Assembly: GCA_050293845.1 (NCBI GenBank)
Contig: JBNKNM010000020.1
Location: 1-49,214, forward strand
Length of the DNA stretch: 49,214 nt
Direction: 5' to 3'
Source of the DNA: Pseudobacteriovorax sp.
GTDB lineage: Bacteria; Bdellovibrionota_B; Oligoflexia; Oligoflexales; Oligoflexaceae
The notes under the pieces were generated by a model that saw nothing but the letters and a program-made list of their open reading frames with translations, made no database searches and was not told the origin of the DNA. Within the stretch, counting starts at the first letter, position 1, and every line of letters begins with the position of its first letter. The position numbers and the translations under genes were made by a program. Of the stretch, positions 49,115-49,214 are shown piece after piece.

Positions 49115-49214
49115 TTTTTTCTCCTTTGTTTTTGGGGCGTCACCAACGGCGGTGATGCCTCCACCTAACTAACTTTTTTGCGAGTGGTAAACAACAATGA
49201 AAAAAGTATCACTC

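Larger units (their letters stand above)
47800..49214. mobile_element. Boundary of an integrative element/prophage at tRNA-Arg (extends beyond the window)
   Basis: An integrase about 220 nt downstream of a tRNA 3' end, with putative arm repeats and an IHF-like site, is the classic att arrangement. The second att site is not in the window. Confidence 0.7.

Noticed and set aside
1..49214. CRISPR arrays, rRNA, IS transposases, defence systems, retron/DGR elements
   Set aside because: No regularly spaced repeats, reverse transcriptase, transposase or recognisable defence genes were seen by eye; the cargo of the integrated element lies outside the window.

Overview
Bacterial chromosomal segment. 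The gene repertoire (GYF-PilZ protein, membrane-anchored CheA-like kinase, CFI-box protein, many secreted hydrolases) suggests Bdellovibrionota/Oligoflexia; this is an inference. Roughly 1-29 kb is mostly housekeeping: rpsP-rimM-trmD, MBL hydrolase, CFI-box-CTERM surface protein, MscS, pepN, acuI/yhdH-like, lysA, tesA-ybbA-ybbP, ctaA, an atypical Hpt/CheA-like kinase, a DnaJ/CbpA protein, DUF3108, rpsA, lapA-like, rsmB, a degenerate PLD-fold protein and a GYF-PilZ operon. Roughly 29.3-40 kb is a visibly AT-richer signalling block: two REC-kinase hybrids converge on an operon encoding a triple FixL-type PAS/GAF/triple-REC hybrid kinase and CheR (no CheB; CheR probably starts at ATT), with an Endo H-like GH18 gene in between. 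Roughly 40-47.5 kb holds exported hydrolases, lipoproteins and an outer-membrane protein. The window ends with tRNA-Arg(TCT) followed by a convergent tyrosine integrase and putative arm-type repeats, i.e. the edge of an integrated element. I saw no CRISPR array, rRNA or IS element. All calls come from motif recognition by eye; no database search was run.
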